64,000 bases of DNA. It comes from Methanobacteriota archaeon (GTDB lineage: Archaea; Halobacteriota; Bog-38; Methanoflorentales; Methanoflorentaceae). The translations under genes and the position numbers were made by a program. The DNA lies in assembly GCA_963719035.1 (NCBI GenBank), contig CAVRAO010000006.1, forward strand, positions 1 to 64,000, written 5' to 3'. Below the pieces are notes generated by a model, which did not search any database, was not told the DNA's origin, and saw only the letters and a program-made list of their open reading frames with translations. Positions 52,011-62,920 of the stretch are shown here, one piece after another. Position 1 is the first letter of the stretch, and each line of letters begins with the position of its first letter.

Positions 52011-53090
52011 ATGTTGAGTGAAGGACAAGACAATCGAAAGCTCAAGAGGGTCGGCGAGGGCCTCAGATCTCGCGTAACTCGAACTGGCGATGTCGCTTAT
52101 ACACAGAGCGCCGATGCCCCTCAGTTCATCCCCGCGCTGTTTTACGCCCAGGGCCAAAATGATTACGCACAGGCCCTCGCACTCAAGCGAGCGCTGATTA
52201 AAGAGCATGAAGGAGACGTGCTCGAAGAGATAATCCCGGGGAGCGAGCTCGTGAATGAGCGCGGGACGTGTTACCGAATCGAGACTGTAGAGAAGGTAAG
52301 TTTACAGACGATACACTCAAAGAGAGCCAAGGAGAGCTTATTATCAGATTTTAAACTCCTTCATGGTGTTAGAGAAGCGACCGAGAACGCCTTGAAGGAT
52401 GGTGGCTACCACACAATCGAAGATCTCGCCGAGCACAACCGCTTTGGCGGGCAGGCGCGTCGTTTCCTGGAACTCGTCGAAGCGCTCGAAACGGGCGAGA
52501 TGATCGAATGGATAGGAAAAAGGTTCTCAAAATCGCATCCGCTTGCATTACATGCCTCGGGCTTTCACGCGCCGGACGAGTTGCTCTTCGTTGACATCGA
52601 GACGTTGGGGCTTTTCTCCAGCCCGATCGTAGTCATAGGGCTTGCGAAATCGATCGGCGAGACCCTTAGCGTTCACCAATATGTTCTCAGGGACGTGCAC
52701 GAAGAGCCCGCTGCGCTCGCTGCATTTCTTTCTCACGTCGACGCACATAGTGCGCTCGTCACGTACAACGGGCGAACTTTTGACGTTCCTTATCTTGAGC
52801 AACGTCTTGCCTACTACCAGATACGCGGCGATTTGCAAAGAGCGCACTTCGATGCGCTCCACTTCGCACGAAGAAAGTGGCATGGGATGATGCCCGACTT
52901 TCGGCTGTTCACGCTCCAGAAGCATCTTCTCGGCGCTCGCGAAACCGACATTCCCGGCGCCTTAGTTCCTGAGTTCTATGAGACGTACCTGCGGACGCAA
53001 AACATCGGGCCCTTGCTCGCCGTGATTGAGCATAATAGACAAGATCTCGTCGCGCTGGCACACATTTTTTCCAGGCTTTGCGAGGGATAA
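52011..53090 (+). CDS. YprB/MrfB-type RNase H-like exonuclease
   Basis: FVDIETLGL, YNGRTFDVPYL, HFD, HNRQD. Confidence 0.9.
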   Translation: MLSEGQDNRKLKRVGEGLRSRVTRTGDVAYTQSADAPQFIPALFYAQGQNDYAQALALKRALIKEHEGDVLEEIIPGSELVNERGTCYRIETVEKVSLQTIHSKRAKESLLSDFKLLHGVREATENALKDGGYHTIEDLAEHNRFGGQARRFLELVEALETGEMIEWIGKRFSKSHPLALHASGFHAPDELLFVDIETLGLFSSPIVVIGLAKSIGETLSVHQYVLRDVHEEPAALAAFLSHVDAHSALVTYNGRTFDVPYLEQRLAYYQIRGDLQRAHFDALHFARRKWHGMMPDFRLFTLQKHLLGARETDIPGALVPEFYETYLRTQNIGPLLAVIEHNRQDLVALAHIFSRLCEG

Positions 53091-55353
53091 GCACGTCTGT
53101 CGAAGCCGTTCTCCGAATCCTGCAGAGTGATCCGGCATACCGCAACCACGTCGAGCATATCGAAGTGTTGCCCGCCAGAGAACCAGTTTACGGTGAGGTC
53201 AGCGACTTAGAATCAAAAGTCGAAGCGTATCTGCAGCTCAAAGCAATTCAGTTGTACCAGCACCAAAGCGATGCTCGCACGGCGTTACGTGCAGGCAAGA
53301 ACGTCGTTATCACCACCCCTACTGCGTCCGGAAAGACGCTCGCCTTCAACATTCCGATATTCGAGGAGCTCGAGCGCGACCATAGCGCGACTGCACTGTA
53401 CGTCTTTCCCACAAAAGCCCTGTCGAATGATCAATTGAAGGTGCTTGAGGAGCTCGAGCGCATCTGTGGCATTCCGGTCAATCCTCACGTTTACGACGGG
53501 GATACCCCCTCATATAAACGGCCGAAGATACGAACGACGGCAAGGATCGTGATTACTAATCCCTATGAGCTCCATCACGTCCTGCCTTGGCATTACAAGT
53601 GGCAGCGATTTCTAGCTCACCTCAAGTTCATCGTCCTTGACGAGGCCCACGTGTATCGTGGCGTGTTCGGATCAAATGTTGCGCTGCTGGTGAGGCGACT
53701 GCGTCGGCTCTGTGCTTATTACGGATCAGATCCACAGTTTGTCATTTCTACCGCCACGCTTGCAAATCCGATCGAATTCGGCGAGAGACTCACCGGGACG
53801 ACGTTCGACCTGATCACGCGAGACGGATCCCCTCGAGAACGCAAGTATTTCGTGCTGTATAACCCATACGCGCACGGCATAGGCACCCGTTCTGCTCATC
53901 GGGAGGTTGAGGATGTGTTTCTCCTTTTCATCCGAAACAAGCTACAGACGCTTTGTTTTACGCCATCCCGAAAGATGGCAGAGCTCATTGCCCTTTGGGC
54001 TCGAAACGACGTCAGAGAAATGACGCCATCTCTCGCCGAACGCATTGCTGCTTATCGAGCGGGCTACTTGCCTGCGACGCGGCGGGAGATAGAGGCGCGC
54101 TTGAAAAGCGGCAGCTTAGCCGGCATCACGTCAACGAACGCGCTTGAACTTGGCATCGATATCGGTAGCTTGGATGCCGTCATCATGGCGGGCTATCCCG
54201 GCACGATCATCTCTACGATGCAGCAAGCGGGGAGAGCGGGCCGGGGCAAGGGCGAGTCTGTCGCGACCTTGGTTGGATTTCACGACCCCCTTGATCAGTA
54301 CTTCATGAAGCATCCGCACGCGCTGTTCGGCGGGTCGCACGAACATGCCATCATCGATCTTTCGAACGAATATGTTACCACAGGACACGCTATGTGTGCG
54401 GCGGCCGAGTTGCCGCTGCGGCTCCCTCACGATGAGGCTTACTTTCCGACGCTTCTCTCAGCATCGTTAGAGGAGCTCGAGCGTCAAGGCTTAGCTAAAA
54501 ACACCGCGAGCGGATGGGTGTATCCGGCACGGGTAGAGCAACCGAGGCGGTGCCCCTAAACGGACTCTCCTCGCAAGGATTCAAGATGCTGTACGAAGGG
54601 AGACTACTCGAAACCCTCGACAGGACCCGTGCGTATCGAGAGGCCCATCAAGGGGCCGTCGTGCTTCACGATGGTGAGACCTACGTCGTCGAGCAGCTCA
54701 ATTTGAGAGCTGGCATTATTTCCGTGAACAAAAAGGACGTCGACTTCTATACAGAGCCGATTAAAACCGTTGATCTTCACATAATAGAAGCGCTCGAAAC
54801 GAGGCAAAAAGGCGCGTTGACCGTGTCATTCGGTGCTGTCGAAGTCGTCGAGCAGTACGTCGGCTACAAAACGCTTCGCTATGATCAAGTTATCGGTGCG
54901 GAAAGTCTCGACCTGCCGCCCCTCCGATTCACGACGACGGCGCTCTGGTTCAGCGTGCCTGAAGCTGCCGTCGAACGCGTCGCAGCCAAACAACTCGATA
55001 TCTCAGGTGGAATACACGGAGCAGAGCACTCTCTTATTGCGGTGATGCCGCTGCACGTGATGTGCGATCGGCGCGACATCGGAGGCTTTTCTACAATGCG
55101 CCATCCGGATACCGGCCAACCTACGATCTTTATTTATGACGGTTTCGAGGGGGGGATTGGCCTTTCTGAAAAAGCAGTCGAGCTTATTGTCGATATTGTC
55201 ACGATGACAACGGAGCTTGTCGGAAGCTGCTTGTGCGAGGTCGGATGCCCGGCGTGTATCTACTCGCCCAAGTGTGGAAATGACAACAAGCCGCTCGATA
55301 AGGAGGCTGCAATCGTTCTGTTAGAAGAGCTTGTAGCGCATATGGCGACCTAA
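53078..55353 (+). CDS. DEAH helicase with DUF1998 Zn domain (MrfA/Hrq1-like); frameshift near 54523
   Basis: TASGKT, DEAH, STATLAN, TNALELGIDIG, QQAGRAGR; C-terminal CLCEVGCPACIYSPKC. Confidence 0.93.
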
Positions 55354-55601
55354 ACTGAGTTCAAGCTTTTTAATATGAACGCGCCACGATCGTGGTCTTC
55401 GACGCTGCTTCCGTCCTCTGAGTCTAAGAGGTTAGTTGCGGATTCGGGTGAACTATATAATCCCCCTATTAAACATCTCTAGTCTTAGGTGGACAAAACG
55501 ATGCGTGCACAGCTCATAGAGATTGTGCAGACTAAAGATGCGAACAAGCCAAACGATTAATACGCTTACGAAACAGACCGGGTTACCACCTAACACCAAG
55601 G

Positions 55602-56333
55602 GTGTTTGTAATGTCGTTCGACGTCTTTCCCGCTATAGATATTAAAGATGGCCGATGTGTCCAGCTGGTCGGAGGGGCGCCTGAAAACGTCCTTGTTTCA
55701 CTTGAAGACCCCATATCTGTCGCAGAACATTGGATTAACAATGGAGCCACCAGCCTGCACGTGATCGACCTCGATGGCGCGTTTGGAAAACCCCGAAATC
55801 TGAAGCTTGTCTACAAGCTTGTAAAACTCGATGTGTTTGTCCAGGTCGGCGGCGGTGTTCGCTCCCGTGAGGACGTTGCCGACCTGCTTCAGATGGGAGT
55901 CGACCGCGTGATTCTAGGCACCGCTGCCGTCCGAGATCCGACGATCGTCCACGACCTGAGCGCTGAGTTTGGCAGCGCGTCTGTCATGGTGTCGGTCGAC
56001 GCACGGGGGGGCGAGGTCCTCATAGAGGGGTGGACGCGCAGCTCAGGCCTACGGCCTCAGGAACTGGGCATCGTGTTTCAGGATTTGGGGGCGGGTTCGC
56101 TGCTCTTCACTGACGTCGAGGTCGAAGGGACTATGGGCGGCATTCGCACCGACATCATTCAGAACCTCGTGGAGTACGTGGACGTGCCCGTTGTTGCAGC
56201 TGGCGGCGTTGGGCGTTTAGAGGACATACGATCGATCGCCTCGACCGGAGCCGCCGGCGTTGTGATCGGCTCCGCGATATATACGGGGAAGTTCACGCTC
56301 AACGATGCTTTTAAAGTAGTAAGTGACCTCTAG
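55602..56333 (+). CDS. hisA: ProFAR isomerase
   Basis: PAIDIKDGRCVQL, HVIDLDGA, QVGGGVR, TDVEVEG. Confidence 0.96.
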   Translation: MFVMSFDVFPAIDIKDGRCVQLVGGAPENVLVSLEDPISVAEHWINNGATSLHVIDLDGAFGKPRNLKLVYKLVKLDVFVQVGGGVRSREDVADLLQMGVDRVILGTAAVRDPTIVHDLSAEFGSASVMVSVDARGGEVLIEGWTRSSGLRPQELGIVFQDLGAGSLLFTDVEVEGTMGGIRTDIIQNLVEYVDVPVVAAGGVGRLEDIRSIASTGAAGVVIGSAIYTGKFTLNDAFKVVSDL

Positions 56334-56347
56334 GGTATGGGTTAACC

Positions 56348-56911
56348 ATGCGCACGGCCAACATTCAGAGGCAGACGAAAGAGACCACTATTGACCTGCA
56401 CGTCAACCTCGATGATCCGTCGGAAACAACCATTGAGACCGGCGTCCCATTCTTTACACACGTGCTCGAAGCCCTCTCCCTGCACGGCGGCATCGGAATA
56501 CGCCTCGCCGTGCACAGCGACGGCAACCCGCATCACGTCGTCGAGGACGTCGGCATCGCACTCGGGATGGCACTCAAAAACGTGATTGCAGAAACTAAAG
56601 GCATCAGACGGTTCGGGAGCGCATCCATTCCTATGGACGATTCCCTCGCCACCATTGCCGTGGACGCAGCAGGACGGAGCTACGTCGTATTCAATGCAAC
56701 AATCGCCTCGGGCGTCGACGGCATCGACGCCAGCTTGGTAAAACACTTCGTCCAATCGCTCGCGTCGCACGCGATGCTGACGATTCACGTCAACGCCTAC
56801 GGTTCAGACGACCATCACACGATCGAAGCCATATTCAAAGCGCTCGGGGTCGCACTCAACGAAGCACTGCAGCCGAGAGAGGGAATCAGAAGCACAAAGG
56901 GAGTGCTATAG
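56348..56911 (+). CDS. hisB: Imidazoleglycerol-phosphate dehydratase
   Basis: RQTKET, HHVVED, PMDD, DHHTIEAIFKA, STKGVL. Confidence 0.96.
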   Translation: MRTANIQRQTKETTIDLHVNLDDPSETTIETGVPFFTHVLEALSLHGGIGIRLAVHSDGNPHHVVEDVGIALGMALKNVIAETKGIRRFGSASIPMDDSLATIAVDAAGRSYVVFNATIASGVDGIDASLVKHFVQSLASHAMLTIHVNAYGSDDHHTIEAIFKALGVALNEALQPREGIRSTKGVL

Positions 56912-57025
56912 CCATTTCGGTTGCCCAACGCTAATACGTGTTTACTTTAAACGATCATCTTGTCTCGCGAGGCTGTGGAGTCCTCCCGATGATGTGGCGT
57001 CTTTTCTAACGAACCCGTTTAAGCA

Positions 57026-57253
57026 TCAGTCTCTTTCTCGCCTCAGTTTAGTGCAATAAACATACCACTCTTTCCAATCCTCTCGTGCGTCCCAGAAAGG
57101 GCATTCAAAGACGGAAGACGTCCATTGCTTAAGACGCGCGCAGTAATAGTAGTCCGTCGCCGAGGCCCTGAACTTAGCCTGATTGCAGCAAAGCGAGCAC
57201 CGTCGTAGCGGAATCTTGCCTATGTCAAACAGCTGCCAATCAATGTCGCCCAT
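57026..57253 (-). CDS. Small Cys/Trp-rich hypothetical protein
   Basis: GGAGG RBS before ATG; CSLCC, YC, CPFW. Confidence 0.6.
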   Translation of the reverse strand: MGDIDWQLFDIGKIPLRRCSLCCNQAKFRASATDYYYCARLKQWTSSVFECPFWDAREDWKEWYVYCTKLRRERD

Positions 57254-57791
57254 TTATCCCTCCGGAGTGACAGAATAAAGCGTTTGCATAATGGACGCGT
57301 TTAAGGCGTAAACTCCTCACACCCAATCCTACAGCTCATTATCAACGAATAGCGGTATAGCTTTTACGCTGTCTTTGAAAAAGCGTGTCGTAGTGCACAG
57401 TTGAGTCCGAACGGACTTAAGACGCTCCAAAGGCATAACTGAAACCCTGCCCGCTAAGGTGCGCATTTGCGCTTATAAGTCTGGATTGACTCCTCGGCTG
57501 GCAGTTATCGCACAGAGCAATGGCACTTTCATGCGGCGCATTATAGATTTATTGCCCTCTGCCTATCGTCGCGGTAATTCATTCTATTAGGGGTTGCAGA
57601 CTATCTAAGCCTTGTTAGGCTAGGAAGCCACGAAGATGCTTAAGCGTAACAGGCAATTGTTGCTTAAGTGTAGTAATTTTTAAAAATTGTCTAATATTGG
57701 CTAAATATCAAATATTAGCTAAAAATAGATAAGTTTAAGGCTTTAAACAACTATTGGTTAGGATTACACTAACTGTTAGGAAGGTGAATGA

Positions 57792-58597
57792 ATGAATAAT
57801 CCAAAAACACTGATGGTTGTCGCTCTAATTGGAGTCTTGATCCTATCAGTCGCTGGTTCTGGTTGCGTTTGGCCGAGTCCGCCTGACGATATGAGACAGT
57901 CTACGACCCTGACGGCGACGTGGAAAGGCTCTACGCCCACCTCTGCGCCGACATCAGGTGGCTTGACGGTATCCGGTAAACTCACTAACACTTCAAGTGG
58001 GGAACCGCTAATAAAGGTAGTCGAACTGTGGTATCTGACCAACCAGACTTCTCGGTCCCTGCCGGCGTCGTGAAGAGCATTCAAACAAATGCTGACGGAA
58101 CCTATCAATTCACGCTAAGTAGCGCTGAAGACACGCACAAGTCATACGGGACTGGTTTTCCCGGCGAGGGCGCCGCAAGCGATACGAGTGGCTGGAAGCA
58201 GAGTGGCTGGAATGTAGCAGCGGGTTACCACGGACTCGTGTATACGTTCGACTATGGCAAGGACCAGATTAAACAACTCAGCTCAGTGTTTGTTTCGGGT
58301 ACGTCAACTGCAACCATAACCGTGCTAAGCGCCGCCGAACTTCAACTGAAGTACGGTCGCTACAGCGATGCCGCCAACACTCTCGCGACGAAACTCTTGC
58401 CGCGCTTTGCTAAAGTTGCGAATCCGCCGACTACGGGTACGAGCTACTGGATCAAAGACGCTACGGTGCAGCCGCAAGCATATAACTGGATAGCAGATCA
58501 AACTAACGCTTGCAGAGTCTTGAGTAGCCAGATTACAGAAAGCAGTTCAAGTGGCCTAAACACTGTCTATACTGGTCCGGTAATCCCACATCAGTAG
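57792..58597 (+). CDS. Putative lipoprotein with beta-sandwich domain (frameshift near 58035)
   Basis: GAAGGTGA RBS; lipobox-like VAGSGC; VSGKL...PL in one frame and TNADGTYQF in the next. Confidence 0.65.
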
Positions 58598-59121
58598 CAA
58601 GCTATCGCGCAACTATTAAGAGAGGACCGCATGCGCAGCGGCTTTGAGGGAGAGAAGCCTTAGTTCTGGCTTACTCTCAGGTAACGGAGCGTTACGCCTC
58701 CTCTTTTTTTCTTTTTTTTTGCACGAAAGCGCTCTAGCCGTGTCAGCAAGCGGGCATAAGCAGTCGGTGCGTTTCGTCGTGTGATGTGTAAAGAGCGTTT
58801 GACTGCGCAGATGCATGATCGCGCTTCTGCCCAGCAAGCAGCGCCTTTTGCTGAAAGCCGCGAACGCTTCAAGGCGCTTCTATATCCGCGAGGGTCGTGC
58901 TCGCGATCAGGCTCAAAACCATGCACGTGAACCTGCAGAACGACCGAGAACGAGGCGGACCGCGTTAGCCTTTAGAGGCTACGTGTGAAGATCATTCCAC
59001 ACGAAATCAGCGCACTGTGCAGCTCCTCGATGCACATCGTACAACGGTTTAAGCACGTTAGACCTACGTCGATGCGTTCAGTGTCCATCTGCATTCACGA
59101 GCATAGACCTGGCCTATTCTG

Positions 59122-60021
59122 ATGCAAAGGCATAAATTAACTGAAAACGTAGTTCCGCCCATGCAGCAGGCCTTAATCGAAAAGCTAGAAGCTTTCGGCT
59201 TGAGCGCGAAAGAGGCCCATCTCTACGTCTTATTGCTGAAGTACGGCCCGAAAACTACGGGCGAGCTTGCCAAGCTGCTCCACAGCTATCGCGTCGACAT
59301 CTATCGTCTTGTGGAAACGCTCACGGAAAAAGGAATGGTTGAAGAGTCGGTCGAAAAGCCGACAAAATACGCGGCAGTTGCCGTCGAAGCGGCGCTCACA
59401 GGGGCGATGATGCAGCACGCGTATGAGCTCCGTTGGATGGAAGACAATCGCGATCAAGTGCGAGAGCTCGCACAAGAGTACTTGTCAAGCGAGGCCCTTG
59501 CAGACGACCTTTACACGTTTAAAGTGATCAAAGGGCGTTCGAATACGCTTGCTATTATGGAGCAGCTCATCACCACGGCTGAGGCAAGCATTATATTCAT
59601 TTCATCACTCAACGGCATCTCAATACTGTCCACGAGCGGGATTCTCGAACATTGCATCAGCGCGGTAGAAAGGGGCGTTCGCGTGAGGTTCGTTACGGAA
59701 ATTCTGCCACGAAACGTTAGTTCGGCGCGTGAGGCGCTTGCAGGAGGAATCGAGGTGCGCCACTACGACAACTACGCAGGACTGCGGTACCTCGTTGCTG
59801 ATACGCGCGAAAGCCTGACGACCATAACGTTTGACGCGCTCCGCCACGGAAAGGACGCATTTGACACGGCTTTCGAGACTAATAGCCCCGAATTTGCACA
59901 ATATCTCGAGGCAAGCTTTGAGCTCCTGTGGAACGATGGGGTCGAGGCCGCGCAACGCGTTGACGCTGTTTTAGCAGACATTGACGGAGCACGCATAAAA
60001 GCGGCCAAAAACAGCCCCTAA
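59122..60021 (+). CDS. TrmB-family transcriptional regulator
   Basis: LEAFGLSAKEAHLYVLLLK...IYRLVETLTEKGMV...PTKYAAV; C-terminal PLD-like sensor (RGVRVRFV). Confidence 0.92.
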   Translation: MQRHKLTENVVPPMQQALIEKLEAFGLSAKEAHLYVLLLKYGPKTTGELAKLLHSYRVDIYRLVETLTEKGMVEESVEKPTKYAAVAVEAALTGAMMQHAYELRWMEDNRDQVRELAQEYLSSEALADDLYTFKVIKGRSNTLAIMEQLITTAEASIIFISSLNGISILSTSGILEHCISAVERGVRVRFVTEILPRNVSSAREALAGGIEVRHYDNYAGLRYLVADTRESLTTITFDALRHGKDAFDTAFETNSPEFAQYLEASFELLWNDGVEAAQRVDAVLADIDGARIKAAKNSP

Positions 60022-60120
60022 TCGCGTACCCCTCCTTAAAGTCAAGTTCGAAGCGTTTTTATAGCTATACGTTTTATCGTACGTTTCGGGCCTAGTTATC
60101 GTTTTTATGGGGGATGTCCT

Positions 60121-61389
60121 ATGAAGAGAGCGCGATTACGTACGTGTATACCTATCCTAATAGTCGCCGCACTTATCGCTGCTTTTATTGCTGCACCGAT
60201 CGCGGCGACGACTATGGTTACTGTTGACAAGAAAACGGCGAACGCCGGAGCCGCAATCTACATACAGTCTGATCTCGGAAAGGCTGGAAACACAGCAAAG
60301 ATCGAGTTTTTCTATGACGCTAATAACAATGGCATCGATGACGACGGCGGCGCATGGACGTCTATCGCGCAAGTGACGGGGGGCGGCTCGAATAGCCTCA
60401 TTCAGGGAACGAGCAGCCAGATCGCGTACCGCTGGGTCCCCGCGTCCGATCTTAACCCAGGCCACTACTTAATTCGAGTCACAGATGCGGATAATTCCAC
60501 ACCGAAGGTCGCCGGCGTCGATCTCACCAGCCCTGCGAGGCCCCAGATTTCGTTCTTGGTTGATGGGAGCGCCGCCACTCGCGTCAGCCCCGCTGGATTC
60601 GTGCAGGTGCAGGCAGACGTGAGCAACAACTGCGCGCTTTGTCACAGCGGCGACCCGTCGACGTGGACTGCCTCAAGCGCTGGTTTTGATGCACAGAAGA
60701 TGAAGGCGCACGTGAAGGCAGACTTGAGCGGATTGACCGGGAGCGCAAACGATACGGCAGTACCGGCCCAGATGACGGTCGGTCACGGCATTGTGGGGTG
60801 GAACGTGCAAATATCGCCCTATCTCAAGGAGGGGGCAAACGTCCAAGCCTACATCCAGGTGATCGAGGCCAATTTGACCATTTCGAGCCACAACGCTACA
60901 ACCAGTGACAACGCTACGGCCAACAGGACTGCAAACGCGACAAACATTTTAAACGAAACAGCGTCCACAAGCAACTCGACGCTCACCATAACGGCTATTT
61001 CGGCACCGGCCTACGATAACAGTACGGTTGCAGTAAACGTTACGGTCAAGAACAGAGGTACCACCCCCGCAAGCGCCACATTCCTCGTCTTCCAAGACGT
61101 ACCTGCGGAGATAAGCGTCGATAACGGAGGCGCTTTTGACATCGCCTCAAATTCAAACGCAGCGTTCTCCGTCAAGATCATCGCTGCTAGCAGCGCTTCT
61201 GGCAACTACGACCTCCAGTTCCGTGCGACAAGCGGTAACTTGACGAGCGAGAACCGGACGATTCCCATTCAGATCGGTAACCCAACCGTCTCAGCGGCCA
61301 AGGGCTGGAACCCGCTTCCAGGCTTCGAGGCCGGATTCGTCGTTGTTGGACTTGTAATCGCGGCATATGTCGTAAGCAGACGGCGCTAG
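60121..61389 (+). CDS. Secreted PGF-CTERM surface glycoprotein with one CxxCH motif
   Basis: Signal peptide; CALCH at 60631-60645; many N-x-S/T sequons; LPGF + TM helix + SRRR C-terminus. Confidence 0.85.
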   Translation: MKRARLRTCIPILIVAALIAAFIAAPIAATTMVTVDKKTANAGAAIYIQSDLGKAGNTAKIEFFYDANNNGIDDDGGAWTSIAQVTGGGSNSLIQGTSSQIAYRWVPASDLNPGHYLIRVTDADNSTPKVAGVDLTSPARPQISFLVDGSAATRVSPAGFVQVQADVSNNCALCHSGDPSTWTASSAGFDAQKMKAHVKADLSGLTGSANDTAVPAQMTVGHGIVGWNVQISPYLKEGANVQAYIQVIEANLTISSHNATTSDNATANRTANATNILNETASTSNSTLTITAISAPAYDNSTVAVNVTVKNRGTTPASATFLVFQDVPAEISVDNGGAFDIASNSNAAFSVKIIAASSASGNYDLQFRATSGNLTSENRTIPIQIGNPTVSAAKGWNPLPGFEAGFVVVGLVIAAYVVSRRR

Positions 61390-61447
61390 ACCACCGTAAA
61401 TCACGTGAAGCGTACGTTTATATACAGCCGGACAGTACCTTACATAT

Positions 61448-61883
61448 ATGCAGGCCGGCCAAGTCTATGACGACGTCGAGGCCGTTATTATGGCGGCTGA
61501 AGAGCATCCTGAGTATCGAGAGCATATCATAGACGGGTTCATCGACCAGGTCCTGCGTCGCCGAAAGCGACGATTTTCCATGTGGCGCACCACAGCGCTG
61601 CTCCTTGTTTTAGGCGGCCTGGGGACTGCTGTTCATCGACCGGCTCATTTCGTTTCCGCTCAGTCTCTTCGCCCTGGTATTCTTATGGATCGTGATTGTC
61701 GCGGCTTGGGTAGGCAGCCAAATGATAGCGGTTGTTGAACATCACGCTATCCGGTTTGCGCTGATGTGGCTTTTAACGCGGACGGCTTTGCAGCGAGGCA
61801 TGCCGAAAACCGTCTTCAACTTAATCACCACCTTCCTTGCAAAAGCGGGCCTGAAAAGACTCATCAGTCTGCGTGTATTTTGA
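61448..61883 (+). CDS. Hypothetical membrane protein (probable frameshift)
   Basis: Two overlapping ORFs with hydrophobic segments; TTTATATA upstream. Confidence 0.45.
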
Positions 61884-62026
61884 TGCGTAGTCACTAACAA
61901 AAACAACCGGTCTAGCTCAGACTAGGAAAAGTTCGCGCGACTTCGTAGATCTTTGACAACGCCGATGAGACGAATTGCTGTTCTATGATCGGGGCCTTGG
62001 TGTGTGGGCTACATGCGAGCACGAGG

Positions 62027-62815
62027 TTAAAGCCTCATTGCCTCGTCCACGTCGTACCCCTCGTGCACAACGCGCGCAATTTTCCTGACTAAGCCGGTTG
62101 GATCCTGAGCCTGGAATATATTCCTGCCTATGGCGACGCCGCGTCCTCCAGCGTCAATCGAGTCTCTGACCATCTGTAGCAGCTCGTGCTCAGTGTCCAT
62201 TTGCGGGCCACCTGCTACCACAACGGGCACAGGACATCCCCCTACCACCTCTTTAAAGGTGTCGACCTCGCCTGTATAGTTCGTCTTGATGATGTCCGCA
62301 CCAAGTTCAGCGCCCACTCGAGCAGCGAGTTTCACGTGCTCAACGTCGTGTTCGTCCTTGACTTTGTCGCCGCGCGGATACATCATCGCGAGCAGCGGCA
62401 TTCCCCAATAGTCGCAGCGCTCTGAAATCTGCCCGAGAGTTGCCAGCATTTCAGATTCATTCTGGGCGCCGACGTTCACGTGAACGCTGACCGCGTCCGC
62501 GCCAAATTTGATGGCTTCCTCAACGGTCTTCACAAGCACTTTGCGGTTCGGATCAGGGGCAAGAGACGTACTTGCTGAAAGATGAATAATGAGCCCGACG
62601 TCACGACCGTAGCCTCTGTGACCGTATTTTGCCAAGCCGATATGTCCGAGTACGGCGTTAGCCCCTCCCTCTGCAACCTTGTTTACTGCGATGCGAAGAT
62701 CCTCTAATCCTCTGATGGGCCCCACGCTCACGCCGTGATCCATCGGCACGATGATGGTATTGCTCGTGGTACGACTAAATATTCGCTCAAGCCGAACTGA
62801 CTTCCCGATATACAT
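62027..62815 (-). CDS. aroA': 2-amino-3,7-dideoxy-D-threo-hept-6-ulosonate synthase (DhnA-type class I aldolase)
   Basis: [41 protein letters not shown]. Confidence 0.9.
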   Translation of the reverse strand: MYIGKSVRLERIFSRTTSNTIIVPMDHGVSVGPIRGLEDLRIAVNKVAEGGANAVLGHIGLAKYGHRGYGRDVGLIIHLSASTSLAPDPNRKVLVKTVEEAIKFGADAVSVHVNVGAQNESEMLATLGQISERCDYWGMPLLAMMYPRGDKVKDEHDVEHVKLAARVGAELGADIIKTNYTGEVDTFKEVVGGCPVPVVVAGGPQMDTEHELLQMVRDSIDAGGRGVAIGRNIFQAQDPTGLVRKIARVVHEGYDVDEAMRL

Positions 62816-62920
62816 GTGCAAAGACTATAGCGGAGAGATAATTAATATTGTGCACGTCCTTTCACCTCACGTAATACTCTCGTGGCAGCCTATTAAAGAC
62901 CACAACCGGAGCAAAAGACC

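Noticed and set aside
35551-55424. Shared 12-mer GTCCTCTGAGTC downstream of the tRNA methyltransferase and of the helicase
   Set aside because: Only two copies with no extended similarity, which is compatible with chance
636-61883. Frameshifts in padR, both RDD genes, the DUF4129-like gene, cimA, the GT-C-like gene, the mrfA-like helicase, the lipoprotein and the 61448 gene read as pseudogenes or programmed frameshifting
   Set aside because: The ones I could resolve are single-base indels, often in short homopolymers, with conserved sequence on both sides. They cluster in the first 4 kb and also hit a core biosynthetic gene, which fits uncorrected long-read error. A read pileup would decide.
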